From a virus, in the IMG/VR virus record IMGVR_UViG_3300046170_000449, positions 1 to 64,000 of that record: 64,000 nt of DNA; one strand, 5' to 3'. The translations under genes and the position numbers were made by a program. Below the pieces are notes generated by a model. That model was not told the origin of the DNA, did no database searches, and saw only the letters and a list, made by a program, of their open reading frames with translations. Below, one piece after another: positions 48,243 through 57,643 of this stretch (position 1 is its first letter; the number at the start of each line of letters is the position of its first letter).

Positions 48243-48265
48243 AAAAAAGAGGCCCTTTCGAGCCT
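48243..48265 (-). terminator. rho-independent terminator for the primase/GT operon
   Basis: GAGGC...GCCTC stem preceded by A6 on + strand. Confidence 0.65.
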
Positions 48266-48291
48266 CCTCTGTCTTTATATTTCCTAAATCA

Positions 48292-49548
48292 TTAGGCCAT
48301 ACCTACTGCTGCCTTCTTGCGTTTCTTTGGCCTCTTGATTACCGGAGCTTCCTTCTCGATGGCAGGCTTCAGCGCCTCCAGGAACTCCTCCTTGACTTGT
48401 GTAGCAACTGTGTCCCATTGATACTTAGGATCCGTTGCACGCTCGTAGCAGGCTTCTCCGACGGCCTTGAGCTTGTTTCGGTCGTTATACAGCTCAGTCA
48501 TCAGCTCAGCTAGGTGCTCAGCTGATGGGACGTACATGTCGCGGTTATAATTCGTGTCAACGTCACAGAAACACGAATCAATCAGTGGTGCTGCACCATC
48601 AAAGATTTCTTTACAGCTCGTGTGAGCAGGCACAATCTGAGCGATACCACAGGCTGCACTCTCATGATTGACTAAGCCGTGACCCTCACCTTTGCAGGTG
48701 TTGACTGAGATGTCAGCGGAGTTATAGATGCAATTCAACATATCAACTGGTACTGATGGCGGCTGCGGCGACTCGGTCGTTCGGATAATGCGGCCATTCG
48801 GATCAAGACCTTGTTTACGCATCTCACGTCCAAATAAAGACATGATGTCCCAGCCTTGATCTTTTCCGCCCATGTGAAGGTAAAGCATGGCGTCAGGCTT
48901 ACCTACTGCAAATTGGGCGAAGGCATCAATTGTGATATCGATACGTTTACGTTGCTGATTCCTATTGCCATTAAAAATAATAAATTTGTCTTCTGGAATG
49001 TTTAGCTTTTTACGCGCTTCAACCTTGTCCATCGGAAAGAATTGGCCGTCCGTAATGCCGTGTGGAATCACAGCAACAGGTTTTGATACGCCACCTGCAT
49101 GTAGTTCACGTACACCAAATTCCGTGTAACAGATCAAACCATCCCACAGATTGGAATGATCAGCAATAGCTCCAGTCCAGCCATACGAATCCATGGGTAC
49201 ATAGGCCAGGAACCGGAACCTGCCCTCACCATGGAAGTCTTTGATTTGACTGTAGAGTTGATTTACTATCCACAGGTCGTTGTTGACAAAGATTAGATCT
49301 GGCTTCTCTCGCTCAGTAACTTCTCTGATACGTTGCACACCAAAGGGTTCCTGCTGGAAGCGATTCGACGAAGGATAGACTTTAAAATCTCTATCGAATT
49401 CACATGGATCTCCCCAGTGATTGTTCGCTAGTACAACAATTTCAAAGTCATCTTTGAGTCGAACAATCAAGTTTTCTGTGACACGAGCGAATCCAGTCTT
49501 TGCTACTAAATCACCCGAGTACAAGATTTTTGGCTTTTTGATTTTCAT
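48292..49548 (-). CDS. glycosyltransferase (GT-B, GT4-like)
   Basis: TGFARV, VIPHGI, NRNQQRKRID, GEGHGL..HESAACG. Confidence 0.85.
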   Translation of the reverse strand: MKIKKPKILYSGDLVAKTGFARVTENLIVRLKDDFEIVVLANNHWGDPCEFDRDFKVYPSSNRFQQEPFGVQRIREVTEREKPDLIFVNNDLWIVNQLYSQIKDFHGEGRFRFLAYVPMDSYGWTGAIADHSNLWDGLICYTEFGVRELHAGGVSKPVAVIPHGITDGQFFPMDKVEARKKLNIPEDKFIIFNGNRNQQRKRIDITIDAFAQFAVGKPDAMLYLHMGGKDQGWDIMSLFGREMRKQGLDPNGRIIRTTESPQPPSVPVDMLNCIYNSADISVNTCKGEGHGLVNHESAACGIAQIVPAHTSCKEIFDGAAPLIDSCFCDVDTNYNRDMYVPSAEHLAELMTELYNDRNKLKAVGEACYERATDPKYQWDTVATQVKEEFLEALKPAIEKEAPVIKRPKKRKKAAVGMA

Positions 49549-49985
49549 TAACCGTTTAATTGCTGTTGTAATGTTACACGATTTCCCTTGCTAAAGTTCT
49601 CTTTAGCTGGCAAATAACGCAGATTACTTTCTACATGCAAGCCGCACATGATGGGTGAGATAAGAGGGAAATAGTGATCCACATGATGACCAGGTGGGCA
49701 GTTGAGATAAATCTCTTCAATTTTTTTTAGGTCAGCCCACGCCGGGGTTGCTTGTAGCTTTGCTGCTCTACGCTTGGCAGTTTGTGCGCGACTTTTTTCG
49801 CGGTTGGCTTTGTAATAAGCTTGGATTTTTTCACGGTTAGCTTTGTGATAAGCTAAGCCTCGTTTTTTCTGACAAGTTTTGCAGTCTCTACGATAAATGT
49901 TTTGGTCTTTCCTAAAATTATAGCCTGACAGGGGCTTTTCAAGTCCGCATTTAGTGCAGACTTGAGTCTCAATTGTTGCCTTCAT
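49548..49985 (-). mobile_element. free-standing HNH homing endonuclease
   Basis: CTKC...CKTC ribbon, duplicated YxKANREK, ATPAWAD...HVDH..PL...CGLHVESNL...N. Confidence 0.8.
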
Positions 49986-49991
49986 CCATAC

Positions 49992-52562
49992 TTAGTGATG
50001 CTTAACTTGAATCTTACCGTATATTTCGACATATGAGTCAGGGTTAAGGGACAATTCAACGATTGAAGGATAATAATTATCAACGTCAAATTGTCTGATT
50101 TTGACATTAAACAAAGAGACAGTCCTGTTATTGGTCTTTGAAACATTCACGTTGAGCTGGTTCTGCAGGATGTCAATTAAGTTGGCCTCAAAACGTGAGC
50201 GAGACTGGGCACCTACGTTGTTATTCCTAGAGAATTCACAGTAGTTTGCGTACAGTTTGCGATCAGCGTTTGCGTAGAACGTAAGCGAGTCTTTCCCTGC
50301 TGGTTTCGCGTCACCGATCATGACTTTGTTTTGCGGCACGAAAATAATATTTTGGTTTAACCAGTCGATGATGGGGTTAGCTCGTGTGAGTTGCTTAACA
50401 GAATGTTCTTTGAAGTATTTGACTCGCTCGTTAGTCTCTAAGAGGTAGGACTCCATCTCTTCTGTGCTCATCTCAAGCAGCCAGTTGACCAAACCGGGAA
50501 GCTCTTTTGCAAATTTACCTACGATGTGACCATTCTGTAGGACTTCGACTAATGTAGTTTGCTCCTTAGCGGAGCCACGGAAGACACGATCGAAAGGAAC
50601 TGTTAAGCGACGACGAGCCAGACCAGATGTTGCATCTGTTGTAGCAATCTGCTCGTTGGCAGAGATCATGCATAAACCTTTGAAGATAAAGTTTTCACTA
50701 CCGCCGAACTTGTGTTCGGCTAGGACTTCATCACCACCAGTAATAGCTTTTAGTTGGGTTACATTACCTGCATACCGCTCGACATCATTGAAGAGCAGTA
50801 GTTTTTTACCAGCAATACCTGATAGCCCAAACCGATTCTTTTCTAAACGTTCGAGGTTAGATACTGCAGCACTCTCCCGGCCAACCAATGCAGTGCATAG
50901 TTTCATGAAGGAAGACTTACCTGACTTACCTGGGCCAACTACCTCCATAAATTTTTGGATGTGACCAGAGCAGGTGAGGACTGCACGCATCCAGGCACGT
51001 AGTAATTGAACTCGATCTTCATCACCGAACTGTGTAAAACTTAACCAGTTCTTAATTTGATCGCAAGTATTTGATGGATCGTATTGGAAACTCAAAGCGT
51101 GCGTAATTTTCTGTTCCCTTTTTGGCTCGGAAAGTTCGCGGGTTGTCAGATCAAAGACCCCATTTTGAAATAGGATTTGGTTTACGTCCTGCTCCCAGTC
51201 ATTATCTTCCAGAAGGAATGAGAGGTTCTCATACATCTGCTTAACAAAGGCATTATCGAAACCGTTGGGCAGGCAGGAGCTTTTCAGCTCAACACATTTG
51301 CTCCAGATTTCGCTCATCATCTTGCTTTTATCTAGGCTCACCCATAGTCCTGGAGTAGATCTGTCATGGTCGTACTTAAGGAAGGAGTTACTGGCGGGAT
51401 CAAACAGCAAGTTACCTTCATACATTCTTAACAATGAATGTGCCACATGATCACTGGACATGTTCTTGGTGCTTTTCTTCTCCTTACCTGGTGGCTCAAT
51501 ACGCTCAACACGTGTTTGCCTAGGTGTTTCAGTAGGGTTGAAGAGTAGATTGCCCATGTTTTCGATTAGATTTTCCAAGTCTTTTTCAGCCATTTCTAGC
51601 TGTTCATCACCGACGTTATTAACCAAGTACTCTTGATTAGGAGACCAACCGGCTTCTTTAGCGTGATGAAAGAGAGTACCAGGTCCAATGCCACCATTTC
51701 TATTGAATGATTTCCAGCGTCGTTGGCACTCGCCTTCCTTATACTTGTCCGATTGTTTGGACCACTCGTCCCATTGGTCTAAAAGTGAGTCATCAACTGA
51801 ATGAAGTGATTGTCCAATTGCTATCCAGACGTCGTAGTCATCTGTAGCTTCTGAAGGCAAAGCCCACATTGCTTCAGTCGCTTCCTGGATGGTGCGCTCT
51901 AGTCCAATGTTTGCAGTGAAAGCAAAGTTCCCACCAAAGGTGCGGATGTTTTCTTCATTAGGTGCACCCTGTTTAATATTCTTTAATTTAATTTTACGAA
52001 GAACCCACTGTGGCAACTCAGGTAAGCAATCGATGCGTTCAAAACCTTCACCTGTTTTTGTGTGGTAGCCATCAGTCTTTGGATGCACCCCCATCAAAAC
52101 TCCTTGGTGTCGCTTCCAAAGAATCTCTAACTTCTCACCGGCACCATCGGCGTGCCATGCATACTTATTTCGTAGGAAGTATTTCCAATTTTCTTTTGAC
52201 AGTTTATAAAGTTTTCTTTCACGGCCTTCACGACCTGAAAGGATAGTCAATGTTTTTGGTAAAGCTTCTTCAACTGTTAATTCCGACTCTTCCTCAATGG
52301 TTTTATAAACGGTTGGGCCATCGACATCAACCCAAACAAAGCCATAGGGTTGGTTGTAACAAGGCCCAGAGATCAGACCGATTGCTTTACAGTCGCCCTT
52401 TTCTATTTCAAGTTGTATCTCTTCTTTTGTTTGTGGCTTGTTTTGCCACCCAGTCAGATATGGATTTTTGTTACTGCCGACCGGTGTCAAGGGCCAGTCA
52501 ACAGGGATTAAATCAAGATTTATTTCACCGGGTTGTACTGTTTTTTCCGTCATGTTGCTCAT
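49992..52562 (-). CDS. primase-helicase (Prim-Pol + PriCT-2 + D5/SF3 helicase)
   Basis: N-terminal KNPY..GWQ and WVDVDG; DYDVWIAIG...WDEWS; Walker A GPGKSGKS, LKAITGGD, ARRRL. Confidence 0.9.
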   Translation of the reverse strand: MSNMTEKTVQPGEINLDLIPVDWPLTPVGSNKNPYLTGWQNKPQTKEEIQLEIEKGDCKAIGLISGPCYNQPYGFVWVDVDGPTVYKTIEEESELTVEEALPKTLTILSGREGRERKLYKLSKENWKYFLRNKYAWHADGAGEKLEILWKRHQGVLMGVHPKTDGYHTKTGEGFERIDCLPELPQWVLRKIKLKNIKQGAPNEENIRTFGGNFAFTANIGLERTIQEATEAMWALPSEATDDYDVWIAIGQSLHSVDDSLLDQWDEWSKQSDKYKEGECQRRWKSFNRNGGIGPGTLFHHAKEAGWSPNQEYLVNNVGDEQLEMAEKDLENLIENMGNLLFNPTETPRQTRVERIEPPGKEKKSTKNMSSDHVAHSLLRMYEGNLLFDPASNSFLKYDHDRSTPGLWVSLDKSKMMSEIWSKCVELKSSCLPNGFDNAFVKQMYENLSFLLEDNDWEQDVNQILFQNGVFDLTTRELSEPKREQKITHALSFQYDPSNTCDQIKNWLSFTQFGDEDRVQLLRAWMRAVLTCSGHIQKFMEVVGPGKSGKSSFMKLCTALVGRESAAVSNLERLEKNRFGLSGIAGKKLLLFNDVERYAGNVTQLKAITGGDEVLAEHKFGGSENFIFKGLCMISANEQIATTDATSGLARRRLTVPFDRVFRGSAKEQTTLVEVLQNGHIVGKFAKELPGLVNWLLEMSTEEMESYLLETNERVKYFKEHSVKQLTRANPIIDWLNQNIIFVPQNKVMIGDAKPAGKDSLTFYANADRKLYANYCEFSRNNNVGAQSRSRFEANLIDILQNQLNVNVSKTNNRTVSLFNVKIRQFDVDNYYPSIVELSLNPDSYVEIYGKIQVKHH

Positions 52563-52732
52563 AAGTCGATCCTTACTTTAAACCTTTTTTGAGTTGCATC
52601 TTGTTTTTTTGCAATTTCATAAGCATGTAAATGAGCACAGGAAGGTAGTACAAAGCAATCACCATCCATGCCATTGGCCATGGCATGCGAGATAGCTGCT
52701 ACCCACTGCCCCGAACAAATGTGAATGTCCAC
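52559..52732 (-). CDS. small hypothetical protein (not in ORF track)
   Basis: 57 aa, GTG start with AAGGA upstream, ATGA overlap with primase start. Confidence 0.55.
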   Translation of the reverse strand: MDIHICSGQWVAAISHAMANGMDGDCFVLPSCAHLHAYEIAKKQDATQKRFKVRIDL

Positions 52733-52854
52733 GGGGTCCTTTGGTTTGTTTGTTTACTTATCCTATAGGAAGTTCATCAAACCTAATTCATCCTAATTTG
52801 GAAAAAATTAGGAGTTTATTTGGAATAGAATGAAAAGACCAGACGGTATAGAGA

Positions 52855-53457
52855 ATGGTAGTAGGACAGGCAACACCAGGAGCAGGAATGGTAGGAGCAA
52901 CTTCCACTTCCCCTGGAAGAGAGTACGGAATTAAAGGTTCTTTTGACAAGGATTATATCAATGAGATCCTTGCAGGCTCAAGAAGTCGAGTCGATGATAT
53001 TTTAAATCAATCCAACAATGAGTCCAGAAGAGATGCGATTATTAGAAAAAACCAAGAAAGGATTAGAAGTGATCTTGAATATTTGAATGAAACCATTGGT
53101 GACCCAATTGATCGTGAAGCTGAAAGAGATAGAGCAAATCCTCGTTTTGATCCATACGATGCCGAGCGTAGGCAACGTTTGCTCAATGACTACAAGCAGA
53201 TGAACGGAAAACAAAGCCTTGCAGAATTAGCTGGCAGGTATGGCGCTGATTTTAAATTTGGACACAAGCCCTATCAACAAGCAAAGGAACTAGGTTATTT
53301 AGATTCTGAAATTCTAAGTTTCTTAGATGAAAATTCTGGATATCGATCTTCCAATCTCTACAATGAATTGAAATCAGGAAACGTTGACATGAATAATATT
53401 GCAAGTAATGAAGACCGTGGCATGTATGGCTTCAGAAACATTATTGACATGATGTGA
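52855..53457 (+). CDS. hypothetical protein sharing a domain with virion proteins
   Basis: C-terminal SLAELAGRYG...FGH...GYLDSEILSFLD...NLYNEL paralogous to 8948. Confidence 0.65.
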   Translation: MVVGQATPGAGMVGATSTSPGREYGIKGSFDKDYINEILAGSRSRVDDILNQSNNESRRDAIIRKNQERIRSDLEYLNETIGDPIDREAERDRANPRFDPYDAERRQRLLNDYKQMNGKQSLAELAGRYGADFKFGHKPYQQAKELGYLDSEILSFLDENSGYRSSNLYNELKSGNVDMNNIASNEDRGMYGFRNIIDMM

Positions 53458-53458
53458 T

Positions 53459-54307
53459 TTAAATTAAACTAGGGTCGTACATTTCCTCACGAGCAGGATT
53501 AGAGTAGTATTCATTTACTACTTTAAGCCACTTGTCTTGTGCAGAGTTCAGGTGGTTGCGTGTAATTTTAAATAACTGTGTACCTTCTGGTGTAGAGACA
53601 AGGATTGCTGCTTGTTGAACTTTCATGTTTAGTGTTTGCTCAATTCCCAAAGCGTAAGCACCAAGCTGGAGGCAACATTTATTAAATTTCATGTAGCCAC
53701 CTAGACGGTTACGCCATTCAATCGAACCTTTTTCTAAATCTTTAGGCCACCATCGACAATAAGGCTTGGCACTAGTCTTCAAGTCTGCTAGGGTTAGTTT
53801 CCCATTGGCAACGCCAATGATATCAGGCGATCCCACCCATGAATGTCCAAGTTCATTCCTGCCCCAAACACGTCCCACTTCATCTGAAGATAAACAATAC
53901 TGGTGATGGTCGTACAAAGGTGTTTCGGCCCAGATCACTTCCTCGAACTGGTCGAGCATTGGCTCCATACCTGTCCAAAAATCTGAATACTCAGGCGGAA
54001 CATTCACTTCTTCTTTCTTCAGGTACATCTCCATACAGCTATGTATCGCAGTACCACGTTCTGCTGCAGCTTCTTTGACACCAGGATTATTCTTAGACCA
54101 CATCTCCAATTTTTTCTTATTGGCTTCGGATGCGGTCTCTGAAATAATGGTGGTTACTGATGGAGTTGGCTTTGTACCAAAGGGATTATGGTAGTGACGC
54201 TTGCCATTTAAAACAATCCTTGCGTCCTTGTCGTTTATTTGGTCGTAGACCTCAGGGCTAGATTGATAAATTTCGTAAGGACTTGGTAAAGGAGTATTGA
54301 TTTCCAT
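53459..54307 (-). CDS. PD-(D/E)XK exonuclease (MGME1/Cas4-like)
   Basis: PSVTTII, RGTAIH, GSPD, ADLKTS, QLGAY. Confidence 0.85.
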   Translation of the reverse strand: MEINTPLPSPYEIYQSSPEVYDQINDKDARIVLNGKRHYHNPFGTKPTPSVTTIISETASEANKKKLEMWSKNNPGVKEAAAERGTAIHSCMEMYLKKEEVNVPPEYSDFWTGMEPMLDQFEEVIWAETPLYDHHQYCLSSDEVGRVWGRNELGHSWVGSPDIIGVANGKLTLADLKTSAKPYCRWWPKDLEKGSIEWRNRLGGYMKFNKCCLQLGAYALGIEQTLNMKVQQAAILVSTPEGTQLFKITRNHLNSAQDKWLKVVNEYYSNPAREEMYDPSLI

Positions 54308-54345
54308 CAATAGATGTGTATATTGATTTAAGTATACACAAAAAA

Positions 54346-55077
54346 ATGAAAAAAATAGAACTAATTGCAGTCCCCGTTATGGTTCAAGGCGAGAAGTTGC
54401 TGCGCCATATCAAAACAATTGACGTTCCGTTGAAGCGTTACTACATCCTGGACAATTCAGAAGGTAAAGATCCTAGTGTTGACGAGGCTATTGATGAGAT
54501 CTGCAATAACCATCCAGAGAATATCGATGAGATTGTAATCGTTTCCAACAACCAGAACTCTGGTTACCCCGGCGCAGTAAATCAAATCATACGTGACAAT
54601 ACTGATTGTGCACACTGGTTAGTAAGTGGGTTCGACTGGTGGGCAGCCCCAGGGCAGTATAAGAAAGTATTAGAAAAATTACCATCATTACAGAATGGTG
54701 CGTTCCTTGGCACAGGTGATGACTCAATGTGTGGCTTTCTCTTCACTAAAAAATTAATCAGAACAGTGGGATACCTAGACGAAAACTTTTTCCCTGGTTA
54801 TTTTGAGGACAATGACTACAAACGACGCATTCAAGTAGCCAATATCCAAGTACCAACCGTTCAGCTTGACGCTGAACATGAGCGATCAAGTACATTAAAT
54901 AGCTCAGAACAATTTAAGAAACGAAATCAATTTACTTTTCAACAGAATTTCAGCTACTATGTGAATAAATGGGGTGGTAAACCCAATGAAGAAATCTATG
55001 TCAGACCTTTCAATCAACCCGTTGGACTTGACTACTGGAAGTTTGACCCAGAGCGAAGAGAAAAAAGCCGTTGGTGA
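54346..55077 (+). CDS. glycosyltransferase (GT-A, GT2-like)
   Basis: ILDN...NSGYPGAVN...VGYLDENFFPGYFEDNDY. Confidence 0.8.
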   Translation: MKKIELIAVPVMVQGEKLLRHIKTIDVPLKRYYILDNSEGKDPSVDEAIDEICNNHPENIDEIVIVSNNQNSGYPGAVNQIIRDNTDCAHWLVSGFDWWAAPGQYKKVLEKLPSLQNGAFLGTGDDSMCGFLFTKKLIRTVGYLDENFFPGYFEDNDYKRRIQVANIQVPTVQLDAEHERSSTLNSSEQFKKRNQFTFQQNFSYYVNKWGGKPNEEIYVRPFNQPVGLDYWKFDPERREKSRW

Positions 55078-56227
55078 AAAGATCTTATTGAATTTAGGGC
55101 TGCAACCCTTGGTAAATAACCTTTGCCTTGGGTCTGCTGCTGCTATTGCTGCTAAAAAGTATCCTCTTTGCGCAACAATTACTGATGATTTAGAAATCAA
55201 ATTGAATCATGAGGTACCTAGCGATGAGCTATATGGTAACTACCTTTACTTCAGCGGCATTAGTTCACCCTACATAAATCATTGTCGTCTTCTATGGCAT
55301 AAAGTAAAACATCTAAAGCATGACACAATCTTAGACATTGGCGGTAACGATGGTACTTTGCTTCGTGCATTGCAATCACAATCGGATGACAAGTTAAATC
55401 TATATAACGTAGATGCTTGCAAGACTTTCCGTCCAATGAATGAAAGCAGTGGGATTAATTTTGTTAATGATTACTTCAGCAAAGATACAGAGGTGCCAAA
55501 AGCAAATCTAATCTTCACTACAAATGCTTTCCAGCACACACCTGATGCAGAAAAATTTGTGGAGGGCATTGCCGAAAAGCTAGATGGCACCTGGATTCTT
55601 GAGTTTCCTTACACCTTACGTACTATTCAGACTCTACAGTTTGATCAGTTCTACCACGAGCATTATTACTACTGGCTAGTAAAACCCTTAAAAAAATTAT
55701 TCTCCCAATATGGGTTAAATATCTATCACGCTGAAGAAGTAGATATCCATGGTGGATCAATGCGTCTTTGGGTAACCAATAAAGATATCTATGGCAATAC
55801 AGAAGCTACTGAAAAGTTTATCAAAGAAGAAGAAGCATTTAATTACAAAGATTTCTACGGGCTCTGTATCCAAAAGATGATGGAGGACTACCTCTTCCTA
55901 ACTAAATTAGAAGGTAAGACTGTTTTCTTTGGTGCAGCTGCTAAGGGTTGTGTCTATCTAAATGCTTTGAAAACATATGGTTTGTTGCGTGAAAATTCGT
56001 ATGTAGTTGACGATACGTTTGCTAAGCAAGGTAAGTTTATTCCAGGAACCGGAATGAAAGTACAGCCACGAGAATTTTTCTTAGCTGATGAGCCAGAGAA
56101 TATTGTCATCCTTGCCCATAACTTTGCTGGTTATATCACTCAATCATTACGGAGTGACGGTTACAAAGGTCGCATCATTGTGATGCTCCCTTCTATTTAC
56201 ATTGATCAACTTGATGATCACCAATGA
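54974..56227 (+). CDS. NDP-sugar C-methyltransferase-like protein (start uncertain)
   Basis: LNLGLQPLVN, LDIGGNDGTLL, FDQFYHEH, IHGGSMR, FGAAAKG. Confidence 0.85.
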   Translation: MVNPMKKSMSDLSINPLDLTTGSLTQSEEKKAVGEKILLNLGLQPLVNNLCLGSAAAIAAKKYPLCATITDDLEIKLNHEVPSDELYGNYLYFSGISSPYINHCRLLWHKVKHLKHDTILDIGGNDGTLLRALQSQSDDKLNLYNVDACKTFRPMNESSGINFVNDYFSKDTEVPKANLIFTTNAFQHTPDAEKFVEGIAEKLDGTWILEFPYTLRTIQTLQFDQFYHEHYYYWLVKPLKKLFSQYGLNIYHAEEVDIHGGSMRLWVTNKDIYGNTEATEKFIKEEEAFNYKDFYGLCIQKMMEDYLFLTKLEGKTVFFGAAAKGCVYLNALKTYGLLRENSYVVDDTFAKQGKFIPGTGMKVQPREFFLADEPENIVILAHNFAGYITQSLRSDGYKGRIIVMLPSIYIDQLDDHQ

Positions 56228-57513
56228 AAAAGCTAGCTATTTTTTATCATGTATACCCTGGAACAAACTGGGAAGAAATATTCCAATCCCAGATTGGTGC
56301 TCTATTGGTCTCAGGTTTATTTCATGCAGCTACTCATATCCATCTTGGTATTAATGGTGATAGCGATATTATTCCTAGCTTCTTTGCCGGAAAATATCCT
56401 CAGATTGTTGTCAAAGAAAACGATAACAAGTTTGAAGAGACTGATACCTTAAAGGCTTTGTATGAGTACAGCAAAGAAAACTCTGGTCACTACGTCTTAT
56501 ACATGCATACTAAAGGAGCTTCAAGACAAACCAGATATACAGAAGACTGGCGTCTTTTAATGGAGTACTTTTGTATTCATCAATGGCGACAAGCTACTAA
56601 AGCTTTATCCGAGGGCTACGAAACAGCTGGTGTTAATTGGCAGGAAGATACAAGCATGGGATATCACCCACATTATTCTGGCGGCTTTTGGTGGGCAAAG
56701 TGTTCTTACATTGCAGCGTGTGCTGATGTGAAATATTTACAGCATCCCCTCCGTTTTATGCGAGAGTTTTTTGTTGGTAGTGGAAAGCCTAAAGCTAAAA
56801 ATCTTTGGGAGTCTAATCTAAATAAAAAAGATATTGCCATGCATTATGTCCAACCTTACTCAAAAAAGATATATAGTAGAAACTATCTAAATGATCAACA
56901 ACTAATGAGTGCACCAGCCTGGGAAACCCCGAGTGAAACTATCGTTAAAATCTTAAAAGATTGTGATGTACATGGATTTGAAAGTGAAGGAGGCACTGAC
57001 AAAAATACATTACACAATTTCACGGGCATTTACCATTACCTTCTAGATCAGTATCGCGACAGCAAAGGACGTTTACTTGAGATCGGTGTTCAGCATGGGG
57101 GATCTTCGCTTTGTTGGCATGAGTATTTAAAGGAATTTCATCTTGATCTTGTTGACATTCAAGACATTGTGCCAGATAAAATTTGGCATAACATGGATCC
57201 AGAACGCTATGAATTCTATCTAGCTGATGCCTATACCAAGTCAGCTATCGAAGTGTTCAGTGAATTTAAATACGATGTCATCATTGATGATGGTCCGCAT
57301 TCATTACATACCCAGCAATTCACAGTTGCAAATTACTTCAATCTTCTGAGGCCAGGTGGAGTGTTAATCATTGAAGATATTCAAAACGTTCACCACTTAA
57401 CATTGCTTACCGAAACCTTGGAAGAAAAAGACAGAAAAGGTGTACGAATCTTTGATGTACGTGAAACTAAAGGTAGGTATGATGACTTAATTTGGGCTGT
57501 GGTTAAAGAATAA
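56224..57513 (+). CDS. fused glycosyltransferase-like and class I SAM methyltransferase
   Basis: LYMHTKG...HYSGGFWW N-domain; GTDK...LEIGVQHGGS...IIDDGPH...GGVLIIED C-domain. Confidence 0.75.
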   Translation: MKKLAIFYHVYPGTNWEEIFQSQIGALLVSGLFHAATHIHLGINGDSDIIPSFFAGKYPQIVVKENDNKFEETDTLKALYEYSKENSGHYVLYMHTKGASRQTRYTEDWRLLMEYFCIHQWRQATKALSEGYETAGVNWQEDTSMGYHPHYSGGFWWAKCSYIAACADVKYLQHPLRFMREFFVGSGKPKAKNLWESNLNKKDIAMHYVQPYSKKIYSRNYLNDQQLMSAPAWETPSETIVKILKDCDVHGFESEGGTDKNTLHNFTGIYHYLLDQYRDSKGRLLEIGVQHGGSSLCWHEYLKEFHLDLVDIQDIVPDKIWHNMDPERYEFYLADAYTKSAIEVFSEFKYDVIIDDGPHSLHTQQFTVANYFNLLRPGGVLIIEDIQNVHHLTLLTETLEEKDRKGVRIFDVRETKGRYDDLIWAVVKE

Positions 57514-57617
57514 TCTTTGCTAACTAGTTAAACTATTGGTAGCCCCAACGTCGACGGGGTTTTCCATCCTAGTTACAGACACGTCTCGCAAGTTAAACGG
57601 TTACACGGAAGTATCAA

Positions 57618-57642
57618 GGAGCCTTAGTCGGCTCTTTTTTTT
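57618..57642 (+). terminator. rho-independent terminator
   Basis: GAGCC-TTAGTC-GGCTC plus T8. Confidence 0.75.
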
Positions 57643-57643
57643 G

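Noticed and set aside
49548-49991. Second bypass or duplication cassette around the HNH between primase and GT4
   Set aside because: Both flanking genes appear complete, and no duplicated gene segment or matched-codon gap is visible.
53459-54307. CRISPR-associated Cas4
   Set aside because: It is a stand-alone PD-(D/E)XK nuclease without the Fe-S cysteine set, in a replication context.
55074-55076. GTG overlapping the GT2 stop as start of the C-methyltransferase
   Set aside because: It is out of frame with the methyltransferase ORF; the true start remains uncertain.
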